Assembly: GCA_023898465.1 (NCBI GenBank)
Contig: CP060223.1
Location: forward strand, 896,001-960,000
Direction: 5' to 3'
DNA from: Candidatus Nomurabacteria bacterium
Lineage (GTDB): Bacteria; Patescibacteriota; Patescibacteriia; HK-STAS-PATE-3
DNA: 64,000 nucleotides
Part shown: positions 36,810 to 46,487 of the stretch, piece after piece
How the letters are laid out: each line of letters begins with the position of its first letter
How positions within the stretch are numbered: position 1 is the stretch's first letter
Position numbers and translations under genes: made by a program
The notes under the pieces: model-generated
What the model was told of the DNA's origin: nothing
What the model saw: the letters and a program-made list of their open reading frames with translations, nothing else
Database searches by the model: none

Positions 36810-38816
36810 ATGTCTAAAATACCGGATAGAACACAGGCCTGGCTGCTAGGAATGATGATCTGTATGATTGTTATCTCTTTTGCAGGTCAATACGTAAAAT
36901 GGCAAAGTCTGGCCTATAACGGACTCGATTTGGGTATTTACACTCAAGTAGTATCAGAAACCAGCCAAGGGAATTTCTTTGGCTTCACCATTCACCCGCA
37001 CTCCTACTTGGGTGACCATGTTGAATTTTTACTATTACTCCTTGTGCCTCTTTTTTGGATTGTGGCTCATCCACTCTGGCTCTTGGCCGCACAAAGCCTT
37101 GTGTTGGCTTTAGGCGCTATCCCTATATTTCGCCTTGCACGCAAAAAACTAAATGGTAACTGGGCTCTAGGTTTAAGTGCAGCCTACCTTTTTTCGCCTT
37201 TCCTCTGGAATGCAAACATGTATGAATTTCACATGTTAGCTTTTGCAATTCCAATCTTACTTGCGGCACTACAAACCTACATCACTAAATCACTCAAGTG
37301 GCATTGGCTTTGGCTGGCTTTGGCCTTGCTCGTACGAGAAGATGTTGCCTTTGTAGTATTTGGCATTGGTATTGTGGCTGCAATTGAGCGGAGGAATTGG
37401 AAATGGTGGCTACCCACCTTTTTGGTTAGCGCTGCCTGGTTTGGATGTAGTATTTATCTCGCTGGATCCTTGGGCACTTTGGGTGAATATAAATTTCTCA
37501 AATACTATGGATGGCTCGGCCCCGATCTTGTTTCTATTATCGGAAACTTTTTTGGACATCCCTGGCTCGTACTCCAACGCGTGCTTCATCCGCAAGCGCT
37601 TGCTTTCTTGCTAGGCCTAGGACTCCCTTTTGCCTATTTGCCAATCTTCCGACTTCGTTGGCTTATCCCGATCTTACCTATCTACTTACAACTTTCTCTC
37701 TCAGGAGTTGCGCGAGAAATCTCACTAGAAATGCACTACGTGAGTTTGTTCTTACCATTTCTCTGGATTGGCTCTATTGAGGCAATACACAAACTTCGTA
37801 GTGAAATGGGAAAAACTCGACGAGGAAAATTTATCCAAGAATACGCCGGGGTTATTGTTAGCGTACTCGCTGTTGTGGCAATATATTGCTTCATCGTAAT
37901 CGGTCCGATTCGCGGCCTGGCACAAACCTGGTATCGACCAGATACGCAACGTGAACATGAACAGTTAGCCAGAGATGTGCTCAACATTGTACCCGATACC
38001 ACACCTCTCGCAACTGGATATCGCTTTATTTCATGGACAGCCACTCGACCCGTGTTGTACTCCTTGCACTATCTTTTTATTGGCCGGCAACAATATAGCG
38101 ATGAAAGTTTCCCACTTGACCCTAGCATCCAAACGCTGCTCATAGACCAAAGTGATTTTGTTACCTATCAATCAGTCTATCCGGAAGATAATACCGACTA
38201 CAAAGGTGGTGCCCAGCGCTTCCGCGATCTCATTGAAGAAAGAAAGCTTCAGCTCAATCTCATGGTTGACGATCTCTTGCTCTATACAAACACCCATACT
38301 ACATCCCAAAAAGAATTAGTGCGTATTGGAAATGAAGATCAACTAAGACAAAGCCTCTTTCAGACAAGCAACGGACTCATCTTGCACTCCTGGGAGAATA
38401 ATGAAGGAATCAACAAACTTCAAAGTGAATATGTGCATATTAACACGCACAACTACCTCACCCTCCCGCTCTCGTTTATCTGGTCTCAGCATGAAATAAC
38501 AACGCGTCATAATACCGTACTACTCACACTGACTCGGGGAGACGGCGCAGTGTATCAAAAAGAATATCCCATCGCCCCGCTCTGGCCGCAATCAGAGTGG
38601 CCATTAGATACTCCAATGATTACGCAACACCAATTTCTCATCCCGACCGACTTCGCCCAAAGTGATACCCAGATAGCAATGGATGTGATGTCGATTCGGG
38701 GTCGATTAAGTTTGGATACCCAACGCTCTATCGTGCCTCGCTACGATGAACACGACTCCTTGGGCCACCTTAATCTCGGAAATCTTATTCTACCGGACGC
38801 AAGCGATACAGAGTAA
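36810..38816 (+). CDS. large polytopic membrane protein (DUF2079-like, putative GT-C-type) with a C-terminal extracytoplasmic domain
   Basis: 668 aa. About 12 N-terminal TM helices, with FTIHPHSYLGDHVEF and LWLLAAQSLVLALGAIPIFRL motifs, then a 300-aa soluble C-terminal domain. Confidence 0.5.
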   Translation: MSKIPDRTQAWLLGMMICMIVISFAGQYVKWQSLAYNGLDLGIYTQVVSETSQGNFFGFTIHPHSYLGDHVEFLLLLLVPLFWIVAHPLWLLAAQSLVLALGAIPIFRLARKKLNGNWALGLSAAYLFSPFLWNANMYEFHMLAFAIPILLAALQTYITKSLKWHWLWLALALLVREDVAFVVFGIGIVAAIERRNWKWWLPTFLVSAAWFGCSIYLAGSLGTLGEYKFLKYYGWLGPDLVSIIGNFFGHPWLVLQRVLHPQALAFLLGLGLPFAYLPIFRLRWLIPILPIYLQLSLSGVAREISLEMHYVSLFLPFLWIGSIEAIHKLRSEMGKTRRGKFIQEYAGVIVSVLAVVAIYCFIVIGPIRGLAQTWYRPDTQREHEQLARDVLNIVPDTTPLATGYRFISWTATRPVLYSLHYLFIGRQQYSDESFPLDPSIQTLLIDQSDFVTYQSVYPEDNTDYKGGAQRFRDLIEERKLQLNLMVDDLLLYTNTHTTSQKELVRIGNEDQLRQSLFQTSNGLILHSWENNEGINKLQSEYVHINTHNYLTLPLSFIWSQHEITTRHNTVLLTLTRGDGAVYQKEYPIAPLWPQSEWPLDTPMITQHQFLIPTDFAQSDTQIAMDVMSIRGRLSLDTQRSIVPRYDEHDSLGHLNLGNLILPDASDTE

Positions 38817-40422
38817 GCTCGCCTGATTGGTATACTGTCTGAAGTGCAGAAATCGCGCTTGGATCAGCCACACTATTCCGCGTATCAAATTCACCCCATA
38901 GTAAATAATCCACACTCTGCTCTCGCAACCATCTTTCAAGGGCAGTATTTCCACTTTGGCGCGCTACAATAAAACCATCTGATTTGTCATTGTAATGCAA
39001 GGTTTCAATCGGGTGTCCAAATACCACTGCCCGACCCGCCCAAGCTGGTATATAGAGATTGCCAATTTTCCCAGCTGCAAAAACTGCACGAGTATCGGTG
39101 TGTGTTTTCATCCAGTCACTCATATCTTGATAAGATTGATCGACGTAGAGGTGGTATGGCGGCTGACGAAAAGTATCATTCGTCCAAAGATGTACATCCA
39201 TGCCCACTAAAGCAATCGGCGAAAGACTAAACACTACTACGGCCAGCATTGGAGTGGCTACATAGCGAGACCAGCTTACTAATGGAAATCGCTTGAATAC
39301 TATACGAAGACCAATAAAAGCAAATAAAGCTAGGGGGAGCATCCAACCTTCAGTTAGGCGGCGACTAAAACTAATCGGCAAAAAGAAAATACATGCTTGC
39401 CCAAACAACCACGCAAGCGGCATTGCGTAGGTGCTTCGATCACGACCTAGTTGAAACAAAGCAAGAAGGGCCAGCGGAATAAGAGCGCCATAGCTAATAA
39501 GTGTGGTAAAAAAGAATGGCATAGTATTCACATTCTGAGCCGCTCGGCTATTCGCAATTGGGTCAAAAAGTATTATCCCAACTTGGTAGAAAATCATTGG
39601 CAGCGCTAGTCCTCCTACAAGAAGCGCCCCCCACAAAGCCCGTGCCGTTTTATCCCGCTGCCATAAAAAAGTGAAGAGTATAAAAAGCACAAAAACCCCT
39701 ATCACTGTTGGTAAGTGAAAGGGGTGAAAGCTCATAAGTAAAAAAAGCGACAGGCCGCTTTGCAAAAAATACTGTATTTGCTTTTGCTGCACCCCGAGGT
39801 AATACCAATGAAAAATGAGAATAAGTAATGAGGTGGCTAAAATAAAATGCGGGCTCTGATACATCGTTAAAAATGTATACGCTTCACTTACCCAGAGATC
39901 CATCGGCCAAATCGCCCACTCAATAAATCCAAAAATGTATTTAATAAAAGGATATGCAATTGCTCCAAATCCTGCAGCAAAAAGAAAAAGCAAAATAGCA
40001 AATTTACGCTCACGCCATGCCGGAAGAAAATTGCGTAAGAAAATTTCGCTCGACCATAGGAGTAAGGGGATGAGGAGGATTCGGGCTAAATGAAAACTTA
40101 CTAATGCGGAAAGGTGCAGCCACTTTGCCATATATCCAACAACAATCCAGATTGGACTGAAAATAAAAGCGTCATGCGGCTCAGCAGTAAACAAATCCCT
40201 AAGCATCACCTGTCCCTGTTTTACCTGTTCTATGTAGGAAAAATAGACCGGCAAATCACCTGGAGCCAGTGTATGTCCTCCGGTAAAAATCATCCCATCT
40301 GCCTGCATCATCCACGCGTAGAGGTAAGGGAACGTTGTGAGAATAACTAAAGCGAGGGCTATCCACCAAAACCAACGACGTGGCATTTTTTCAGCATCTG
40401 GGTGAAGAGAAAAAAACTGCAT
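38785..40422 (-). CDS. polytopic GT-C-like membrane glycosyltransferase (last gene of a four-gene operon)
   Basis: 545 aa with more than 10 TM helices. Its ATG overlaps the stop of the upstream Dpm1-like gene (TAATG). Confidence 0.45.
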   Translation of the reverse strand: MQFFSLHPDAEKMPRRWFWWIALALVILTTFPYLYAWMMQADGMIFTGGHTLAPGDLPVYFSYIEQVKQGQVMLRDLFTAEPHDAFIFSPIWIVVGYMAKWLHLSALVSFHLARILLIPLLLWSSEIFLRNFLPAWRERKFAILLFLFAAGFGAIAYPFIKYIFGFIEWAIWPMDLWVSEAYTFLTMYQSPHFILATSLLILIFHWYYLGVQQKQIQYFLQSGLSLFLLMSFHPFHLPTVIGVFVLFILFTFLWQRDKTARALWGALLVGGLALPMIFYQVGIILFDPIANSRAAQNVNTMPFFFTTLISYGALIPLALLALFQLGRDRSTYAMPLAWLFGQACIFFLPISFSRRLTEGWMLPLALFAFIGLRIVFKRFPLVSWSRYVATPMLAVVVFSLSPIALVGMDVHLWTNDTFRQPPYHLYVDQSYQDMSDWMKTHTDTRAVFAAGKIGNLYIPAWAGRAVVFGHPIETLHYNDKSDGFIVARQSGNTALERWLREQSVDYLLWGEFDTRNSVADPSAISALQTVYQSGELTLYRLRPVE

Positions 40423-41120
40423 TACTTCTGAGAGCGAAACAATAATGCAAGAATCATTTGAGCGTATTCACGAGCAATCGTGAATGAAATTTTACTCTTG
40501 CCATATTGGCGATCCTGAAAAACATAGCCGATTTCTGTGGTCTGAAGTGGACGCGCTCGAACCAAAATCTCTACTAAAAGTTTATACCCGCGCGGACGTA
40601 AAGTATGTGCAATGCGTGTATACACATCTCGTCGTACGGCAAAATATCCGCTCATAGGATCACGCTCTCGAATACCGAGCATCACCTGAGCAATCCTAGT
40701 AGCAAACCAACTCATGGCTTGGCGTCGCAGAGGCCAACCTAACATACCGCCGCCACTAACAAAGCGTGAACCGATAGCCACGTCATTACCTAACTGCACC
40801 GCCCTAATCATCTGCGGAATAATTGCCGTATCATGCGAAAGATCGGCATCCATGCAAATAAAAATTTCTGATCTGGCCTCTTCCATACCAGCCATCAGTG
40901 CAGAAGCAAGGCCTAACTTACCTGTTCGCTCAATAACCCTGACTGGATAGTGAGCAGCCAGCGAACGAACAAGCTGAGCGGTCCCATCTGGCGAAGCATC
41001 GTCAACCACAATTATCTCGACAACCAGCTGCAAGCGGGCAATCTGTCGAAGGCACGCCTCAATGTTCTCCTTTTCATTATAGGTTGGCAGGATAATGCTA
41101 GCTTTTGGCAAGGCGCTCAT
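40422..41120 (-). CDS. polyprenol-phosphate mannose (or other sugar) synthase, GT2 (Dpm1/Ppm1-like)
   Basis: ASIILPTYNEKENIEACL...VVDDASPDGT...DADLSHD motifs of the GT2 dolichol-P-mannose synthase family. Confidence 0.85.
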   Translation of the reverse strand: MSALPKASIILPTYNEKENIEACLRQIARLQLVVEIIVVDDASPDGTAQLVRSLAAHYPVRVIERTGKLGLASALMAGMEEARSEIFICMDADLSHDTAIIPQMIRAVQLGNDVAIGSRFVSGGGMLGWPLRRQAMSWFATRIAQVMLGIRERDPMSGYFAVRRDVYTRIAHTLRPRGYKLLVEILVRARPLQTTEIGYVFQDRQYGKSKISFTIAREYAQMILALLFRSQK

Positions 41121-42406
41121 GAAGATACGGATTTGGACTGATCGCTCGACCCTGATGAAGTATAAGGCAGGGCTGCTAATAGGAAAACAAGCGCGAGGTA
41201 ACCCAGGTGTGTGTCATTAAAATACCGGGCAAAAAACCAAAAAACAAGCAGGGTAAATCCATAGTACCAGAAGATATTTTGCAGGGAAATGTCTAGTCGA
41301 CTCTTCCTCAATAAAAGGAGAAAACTCGGGATTCCAATGCAGAGAGAAAAAACCCAAAATGGGAAATGTCCGTAGGGATCAATAACATGAAAAGTTGCCA
41401 TCCACTGGGCAATACCTAAACCTGATGCTGGATAACTCAACTCAGCGCTGCCGTTTGCATACTTCCAAACGTCATCATAAAAAGCTCCTGGCGACCAGAG
41501 AAAGAAAAAACCCATAACCACAATAAGGAGAAGTAGCGAAGGAAATAATGGACGATATACTTGCCGCCAAGGACCTGGTTTCCGGCGCTGCCATACTGCT
41601 ACGAGGTAAAATGGCACAAAGAGCCAGGCGGACTGCTTCATCAGTAAAGCAAAAACCAGAGCAAATCCCGAGCTCGTGTATCTGCCTCGATAAAGCGCTA
41701 GGGCTGCGAGGAAGAGGAAAAGCAATACGGTGATGTCATTCAACCCAGCCACAATAAACTTCAACATAAATGGATTCAACGCAGTAAGGATAATTGCTAG
41801 ATCTCTCCAAGGAGCTTGCACGGTTTTTGCTAAGAGTAAGAGGAAGGCAATCCAAAAAAGTAAGTACAGCGCACGTACATCAAACCAACCAGTAAATCGC
41901 TCTAGGCTCCATTGCCACGGCGCCACGATAAGGAAAGAGCCTGGTAAATACACATAGTGCTCCCAGGCTGGATTGGGTCGCGTGCTATCAGAAAAACGAT
42001 CAGGGAACACACCAAAAGCTGTACCACGATAATCACTCGCATAAGGATTTTTACCCTGTAGGAGAAAATGACTCGCTTCCTCAGTCTGGATTGCACCATC
42101 GTGCACATATGCTTCTAGTGGACGATAAGGTCGTACCAGCATCTGCAAGGTACAGACGGTCACTAGGATGCCTATGCTTAAGATAAGGACGATCCTTGTT
42201 CGCATCTCATCTGCTGATGGGGCAAAGATAAGACTTAATCCATACGCAAACACCAGCAACAAAGGCAGGATGCCAAACCAGAAAAGTGGTGTGGGGGAAA
42301 AGAAATAACTAAAGGCCTGCTGACCTGAAAAAACCTCGGCCATCACATAAAGCACGAGGAGAAGAATGAGAACAAAAGTAAAACGTCGAATCGTGATTCC
42401 GTTCAT
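41117..42406 (-). CDS. polytopic membrane glycosyltransferase (DUF2029/GT87-like, polyprenol-P-sugar dependent)
   Basis: 429 aa with more than 10 TM helices. Contains the FLLQGKNPY motif. Overlaps its downstream neighbour by 4 nt. Confidence 0.45.
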   Translation of the reverse strand: MNGITIRRFTFVLILLLVLYVMAEVFSGQQAFSYFFSPTPLFWFGILPLLLVFAYGLSLIFAPSADEMRTRIVLILSIGILVTVCTLQMLVRPYRPLEAYVHDGAIQTEEASHFLLQGKNPYASDYRGTAFGVFPDRFSDSTRPNPAWEHYVYLPGSFLIVAPWQWSLERFTGWFDVRALYLLFWIAFLLLLAKTVQAPWRDLAIILTALNPFMLKFIVAGLNDITVLLFLFLAALALYRGRYTSSGFALVFALLMKQSAWLFVPFYLVAVWQRRKPGPWRQVYRPLFPSLLLLIVVMGFFFLWSPGAFYDDVWKYANGSAELSYPASGLGIAQWMATFHVIDPYGHFPFWVFSLCIGIPSFLLLLRKSRLDISLQNIFWYYGFTLLVFWFFARYFNDTHLGYLALVFLLAALPYTSSGSSDQSKSVSS

Positions 42407-44041
42407 TTACGGAGCAACTGCATAAATCTTAGCCTCCTTGTCTTCGTAGACCAGTGAGACCCCCTCTGTACCATCTACTAAACGATCCATAGCTACATGA
42501 TCTTTAGTAACAACTACGTACGATGCATGAAAAGTATCACGTAGAGTGGTACTCACCGTGCTCGGATCTGACTTCCCGGTGGTTAAATCAACCCAAGCCC
42601 AATAGCGATCTTCATCGTGGGCATACAAAAAGGTTGGATCTAAACCAGCAATATAGCGATGTGATGGATCATAGTAAAAAAGGAGTGGAAACTCATCCCA
42701 GTCACTATGTACGACAATCTCGTCTGATGGGGCATTTGCTTTTAACCAAGTGCCAACACCAGACAGGGTTGAGGCATCTTGCCCACCCGCTAGGTCGCGT
42801 CGCACATTTCGCAAGTCACGTACACCCACGCCAACCACTCCTATAACAACATAGGCGAGGATTATCACTGCGACCGTTTTTGAAAGGACGCTATGACGCC
42901 ACCCGGCCACAACATCTCGCAAAAGCGCTTTACCTGCCTTACCAGAGAGTGCGTCGCTGATGGAAAAAGCTCCAAACAACATACCAATCGGCACATAGTA
43001 TTCAACGTAGCGCTTGGACTTCAGGGTAAGCAGGAAAAAGAAAATGGTTAGCAAGAAGAGGGTCCAGGAGCGGACAGACTGCTTTCGTAATTGCAGAGCC
43101 ATACCGAATATCCCTAACACCACCACAATAGAAACAAAGATGGTGGTAGGAATAAGCTCACCGATGTGATACGGATACCACTCTCCGCCTACGCCAATGC
43201 TATGTTGCGCATTAATAATGCCAATCTTAAAAAGCTGGTATTCGTAAAATCGAATGTTGTGCGGGAAGCTAGGATTAAGCAATAGACCTGCCAGCATCCC
43301 ACCCCCAACCGCCAAACCTATGGTGATGTAAAGACGCCAAGAAGCTTCATGGTGTCGCCAACGATCATACTGCTCATGCAGACGAGTAAGGAGAGAACGA
43401 GAATCACTCTGATGGAGTATCCAATAACGGACTAAGCCCACCAGGCAAAACACCGCTGTACAAACAAGCAGCAGGGAAAATCCGCCGTATACCCAAACAA
43501 AAATCCATGAGTACACAAAAGCCCACTTTGCTCGGAAGTGAAACACCAACCATAAACCAGCCAAAAGAAGTGTCACTCCCAGAACAGGCGCTTTTGGTAA
43601 ACCCATCCGAAACATGAATGGATTCACAAACAAAAGCAACAAGGTAAATACAAATGCCCATCGCACTTGGAAGGAACGAAGGAGGCCATAGAACATGCCA
43701 GCCATCACTGCAGTGAGTAAAATAGTGGCGACTTTTATCCCGACCAGTGGATCAGCTATAGAAACAAACGGGATGAGAATAACGTGATAAAGAAAATGCT
43801 GATTAATGTAATTCTCACTCAGGGATGTAAAAGGCAGCCAGGGAAACTGCGTAAAAAAACCTTTGTCAGCTACCAGGGTTGCCATCCGAGCATGATAAAA
43901 AGAATCAGGATCAGCAAAAGCATCATGCAATTGCAAATACGATGCAATGACCAGGGCAATCATCATGATAAGCAGACCGGTCAGAAAGGGCGTCCGGCAA
44001 AAGATACGATAGATTTTATACCACCAAGCCTCCTTTTCCAT
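42407..44041 (-). CDS. GT-C membrane glycosyltransferase with an STT3/AglB-like first-loop motif DPDSFYHAR
   Basis: 544 aa. First external loop DAFADPDSFYHARMATLV resembles the STT3/AglB DxD loop (compare eukaryotic FDPWFNYR). The C-terminal soluble domain contains SDWDEF, a possible degenerate WWDYG. Confidence 0.4.
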   Translation of the reverse strand: MEKEAWWYKIYRIFCRTPFLTGLLIMMIALVIASYLQLHDAFADPDSFYHARMATLVADKGFFTQFPWLPFTSLSENYINQHFLYHVILIPFVSIADPLVGIKVATILLTAVMAGMFYGLLRSFQVRWAFVFTLLLLFVNPFMFRMGLPKAPVLGVTLLLAGLWLVFHFRAKWAFVYSWIFVWVYGGFSLLLVCTAVFCLVGLVRYWILHQSDSRSLLTRLHEQYDRWRHHEASWRLYITIGLAVGGGMLAGLLLNPSFPHNIRFYEYQLFKIGIINAQHSIGVGGEWYPYHIGELIPTTIFVSIVVVLGIFGMALQLRKQSVRSWTLFLLTIFFFLLTLKSKRYVEYYVPIGMLFGAFSISDALSGKAGKALLRDVVAGWRHSVLSKTVAVIILAYVVIGVVGVGVRDLRNVRRDLAGGQDASTLSGVGTWLKANAPSDEIVVHSDWDEFPLLFYYDPSHRYIAGLDPTFLYAHDEDRYWAWVDLTTGKSDPSTVSTTLRDTFHASYVVVTKDHVAMDRLVDGTEGVSLVYEDKEAKIYAVAP

Positions 44042-44048
44042 ACGCTAA

Positions 44049-44057
44049 AGTATAGCA
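44049..44057 (-). promoter_or_regulatory. extended -10 TGCTATACT placed 7 nt before the first ATG of the glycosylation operon (leaderless-type)
   Basis: Minus strand reads gaatgctatact, then ttagcgt, then the ATG at 44041. Confidence 0.4.
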
Positions 44058-44094
44058 TTCTCATGCCTACACGGCGAACTGCTGATTAGCGAAT

Positions 44095-45147
44095 TTACTT
44101 CAGCTGCGCTTTGAAATAATCCACCCAAGGAATCGGCGATGGATCTATGTCATGCTCCATAGCGAGCCAGAAGCTGAGATAGCCACTAAAGGTGAGGTGT
44201 AAAACTATCTCTTCTAAGCGCGACTGAGCAGAAACCTTCACATCATCAACGCTAAAGTGCTGTCGTTGAAAAACCTTTTTACTAATACCGTAACGTTTTT
44301 CATTTCGAGCATGTAAAAACTTTGAACGAAGCATGAGTACATGCAGGGCTACTTTAGGATGCGCTAAGCCCTCCATGAGGTGGTGATTTAATCCTGGGAT
44401 AGGGAAATGTAGCGCAAAATGCTTACTGTTTTCATGGAAGCGATTTCGATAGGCCAGGGCTACATTTTCTAAGTGCTCGCTCCCCACAATAAGCGGGATG
44501 CGAGTGCACAACTTCTTGGCTAACTGCAGAGTAGTATTTCGTTGTTGAGGCGCCTGCACTGACCATTGTTTACCAGCTCGTCGAGCCTTCTCTATTGCGC
44601 GATGTAATTCTGGAGTAGATACACGTAGCTGCCCAGCAGCCGCAAGTAGCCCCATAATACCAAAAAGCATGTATCCAGTACCCATGCGAGGTTGCTGGGA
44701 TGGATTATACCGTGCATCAAAAATATAGGCGGGAATTTTCCATTGCGTAGCCAACTTGGCCAATGTCCCACCCGAGGAAATAACCATGAGTTTGGCGCCA
44801 CGTTGTCGAGCCTGACGAAGCGCGCTCACACTTTCTTCCGTACCGCCTGAATAACTTGAGGCGATTACGAGAGTATCAGGACCAACATAGGCTGGAATAT
44901 CGTACTGCTCTATTACCTCAAAAGTCGCTTTTGATGAGGGACGCAAAAAATCCGCTGCGATCCGAGCTGGAAATGCAGAGCCACCCATACCAGCCACCAC
45001 AATTTTTTTCACTGCACGATAACTAGCAGGCACAGCTATGCGTGAGGATTCGTCCCAGGCTTGTGCAATCTGATCAGGAAAAGCATCGAGCGAACTTAAC
45101 ATTTGTTGCTTATCAAGTCTTTGGACTTTTTGTTGTAGTGTCATCAT
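44095..45147 (-). CDS. bifunctional phosphoglucose/phosphomannose isomerase (SIS domain, archaeal-type PGI/PMI)
   Basis: IVVAGMGGSAFPARIAADFL, VIASSYSGGTEES and the TIGR02128-like architecture. Confidence 0.7.
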   Translation of the reverse strand: MMTLQQKVQRLDKQQMLSSLDAFPDQIAQAWDESSRIAVPASYRAVKKIVVAGMGGSAFPARIAADFLRPSSKATFEVIEQYDIPAYVGPDTLVIASSYSGGTEESVSALRQARQRGAKLMVISSGGTLAKLATQWKIPAYIFDARYNPSQQPRMGTGYMLFGIMGLLAAAGQLRVSTPELHRAIEKARRAGKQWSVQAPQQRNTTLQLAKKLCTRIPLIVGSEHLENVALAYRNRFHENSKHFALHFPIPGLNHHLMEGLAHPKVALHVLMLRSKFLHARNEKRYGISKKVFQRQHFSVDDVKVSAQSRLEEIVLHLTFSGYLSFWLAMEHDIDPSPIPWVDYFKAQLK

Positions 45148-45192
45148 GCATTAAATAGTATCAGTCTTTATGGGCAAAGAAAAGGAAAGTAT

Positions 45193-45221
45193 ATTGACCG
45201 TTCGGCTTTTTTTTGGTATAG
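45193..45221 (+). promoter_or_regulatory. near-consensus sigma70 promoter TTGACC-17-TATAGT with extended TG, upstream of yebC
   Basis: ttgacc at 45193-45198; tggtatagt at 45213-45221. Confidence 0.5.
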
Positions 45222-45283
45222 TAATAGCAAGGAACTCACGGGGAGATGGCGCTTTTAGTGATGAAGTCTCCGCTCATCAAGCT

Positions 45284-46006
45284 ATGTCCGGACATTCCAA
45301 GTGGTCACAAATTAAACGACAAAAAGGTGCGGCGGATGTAAAACGCAGCAGTCTTTTTACTAAACTCGCTAATAATATTGCGGTAGCTGCCAGAGATGGA
45401 AAAGATCCTGACATGAATTTTCGTCTCCGTTTAGCTATAGATCGTGCTCGAGCCGCCAATATGCCCAATGACAATATTGACCGAGCAGTGAAACGGGGTG
45501 CTGGTGAACTTGAAGGACAGATTATTGAGGAGATCACCTACGAAGCCTATGGCCCGGGTGGCGCTGCACTCGTTATACGCGTGCTCAGTGATAATAAGAA
45601 TCGAAGCGCAAGCGAGGTACGGACGACGCTCAATAAATACAATGGCAATTTGGGAGCAGCAGGAAGTGTGGTATGGAACTTCACGCTCAAAGGCGTCATC
45701 CGCGTCGAACAAGAGCATGTGCAGGAAAAAGATATCGACACCTTAAGCCTAGAACTCGTTGATGCAGGAGCGGAGGATATAGCTCAATCTGAAGAGGGAC
45801 TAACAATCTTCACCGCCGTGTCAGGTCTGGCTGAAGTACAAAGTGCACTTCACAAACAAAATATCGCAATTGCCGAAGCTGGACTCGAATATGTGCCAAA
45901 CACTACTGTAGCGCTAGATGAAAAAGCTTCTGGACAAATGCACACCTTAATTGACGCTCTTGAAGAGCTTGATGACGTTGACGCCGTCTTCACCAATGCC
46001 CAATAA
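45284..46006 (+). CDS. yebC: YebC/PmpR-family transcriptional regulator
   Basis: MSGHSKWSQIKRQKGAADVKRSSLFTKL is the YebC signature. Followed by ruvC, the conserved gene order. Confidence 0.9.
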   Translation: MSGHSKWSQIKRQKGAADVKRSSLFTKLANNIAVAARDGKDPDMNFRLRLAIDRARAANMPNDNIDRAVKRGAGELEGQIIEEITYEAYGPGGAALVIRVLSDNKNRSASEVRTTLNKYNGNLGAAGSVVWNFTLKGVIRVEQEHVQEKDIDTLSLELVDAGAEDIAQSEEGLTIFTAVSGLAEVQSALHKQNIAIAEAGLEYVPNTTVALDEKASGQMHTLIDALEELDDVDAVFTNAQ

Positions 46007-46487
46007 GTCACGTCGCATTCTCGGAATTGACCCTGGCTATGGACGACTCGGTTACGGAGTGCTGGAGGAAAAAGATCGGACGCTCCACTGTGAAAGCTAC
46101 GGCTGCATCGAAACACCGGCGAAAGAAGAAGCACCAGTCCGGCTAGCTAAGATTGCCCAAGAGCTACGCAGCATTTTACAACGCTATCAACCTGACCTCA
46201 TCGCAGTAGAAAAACTTTTCTTTGCAAAAAACACCAAGACAGCCCTCGGGGTAAGTGAAGCACGGGGAGTAGTACTCCTGATTGCACAAGAATACGGTGC
46301 AGAAATACAAGAATTTACACCAGTAGAAGTAAAACTAGCCTTAACCGGCTACGGACAAGCAAATAAAGATCAAGTACAGCAGATGGTAGAACGCCTCCTC
46401 AAAGTAGAGGAAAAAATCGCCAGCGATGATGCGGCAGACGCACTGGCAATCGCCATCTGTGCCGCCCACACAAAAATACCTACATGA
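45996..46487 (+). CDS. ruvC: Holliday junction resolvase RuvC
   Basis: ILGIDPGYGRLGYGVL, IAVEKLFFAKN and DAADALAIAICAAH catalytic motifs. The start overlaps the yebC stop by 11 nt. Confidence 0.85.
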   Translation: MPNKSRRILGIDPGYGRLGYGVLEEKDRTLHCESYGCIETPAKEEAPVRLAKIAQELRSILQRYQPDLIAVEKLFFAKNTKTALGVSEARGVVLLIAQEYGAEIQEFTPVEVKLALTGYGQANKDQVQQMVERLLKVEEKIASDDAADALAIAICAAHTKIPT

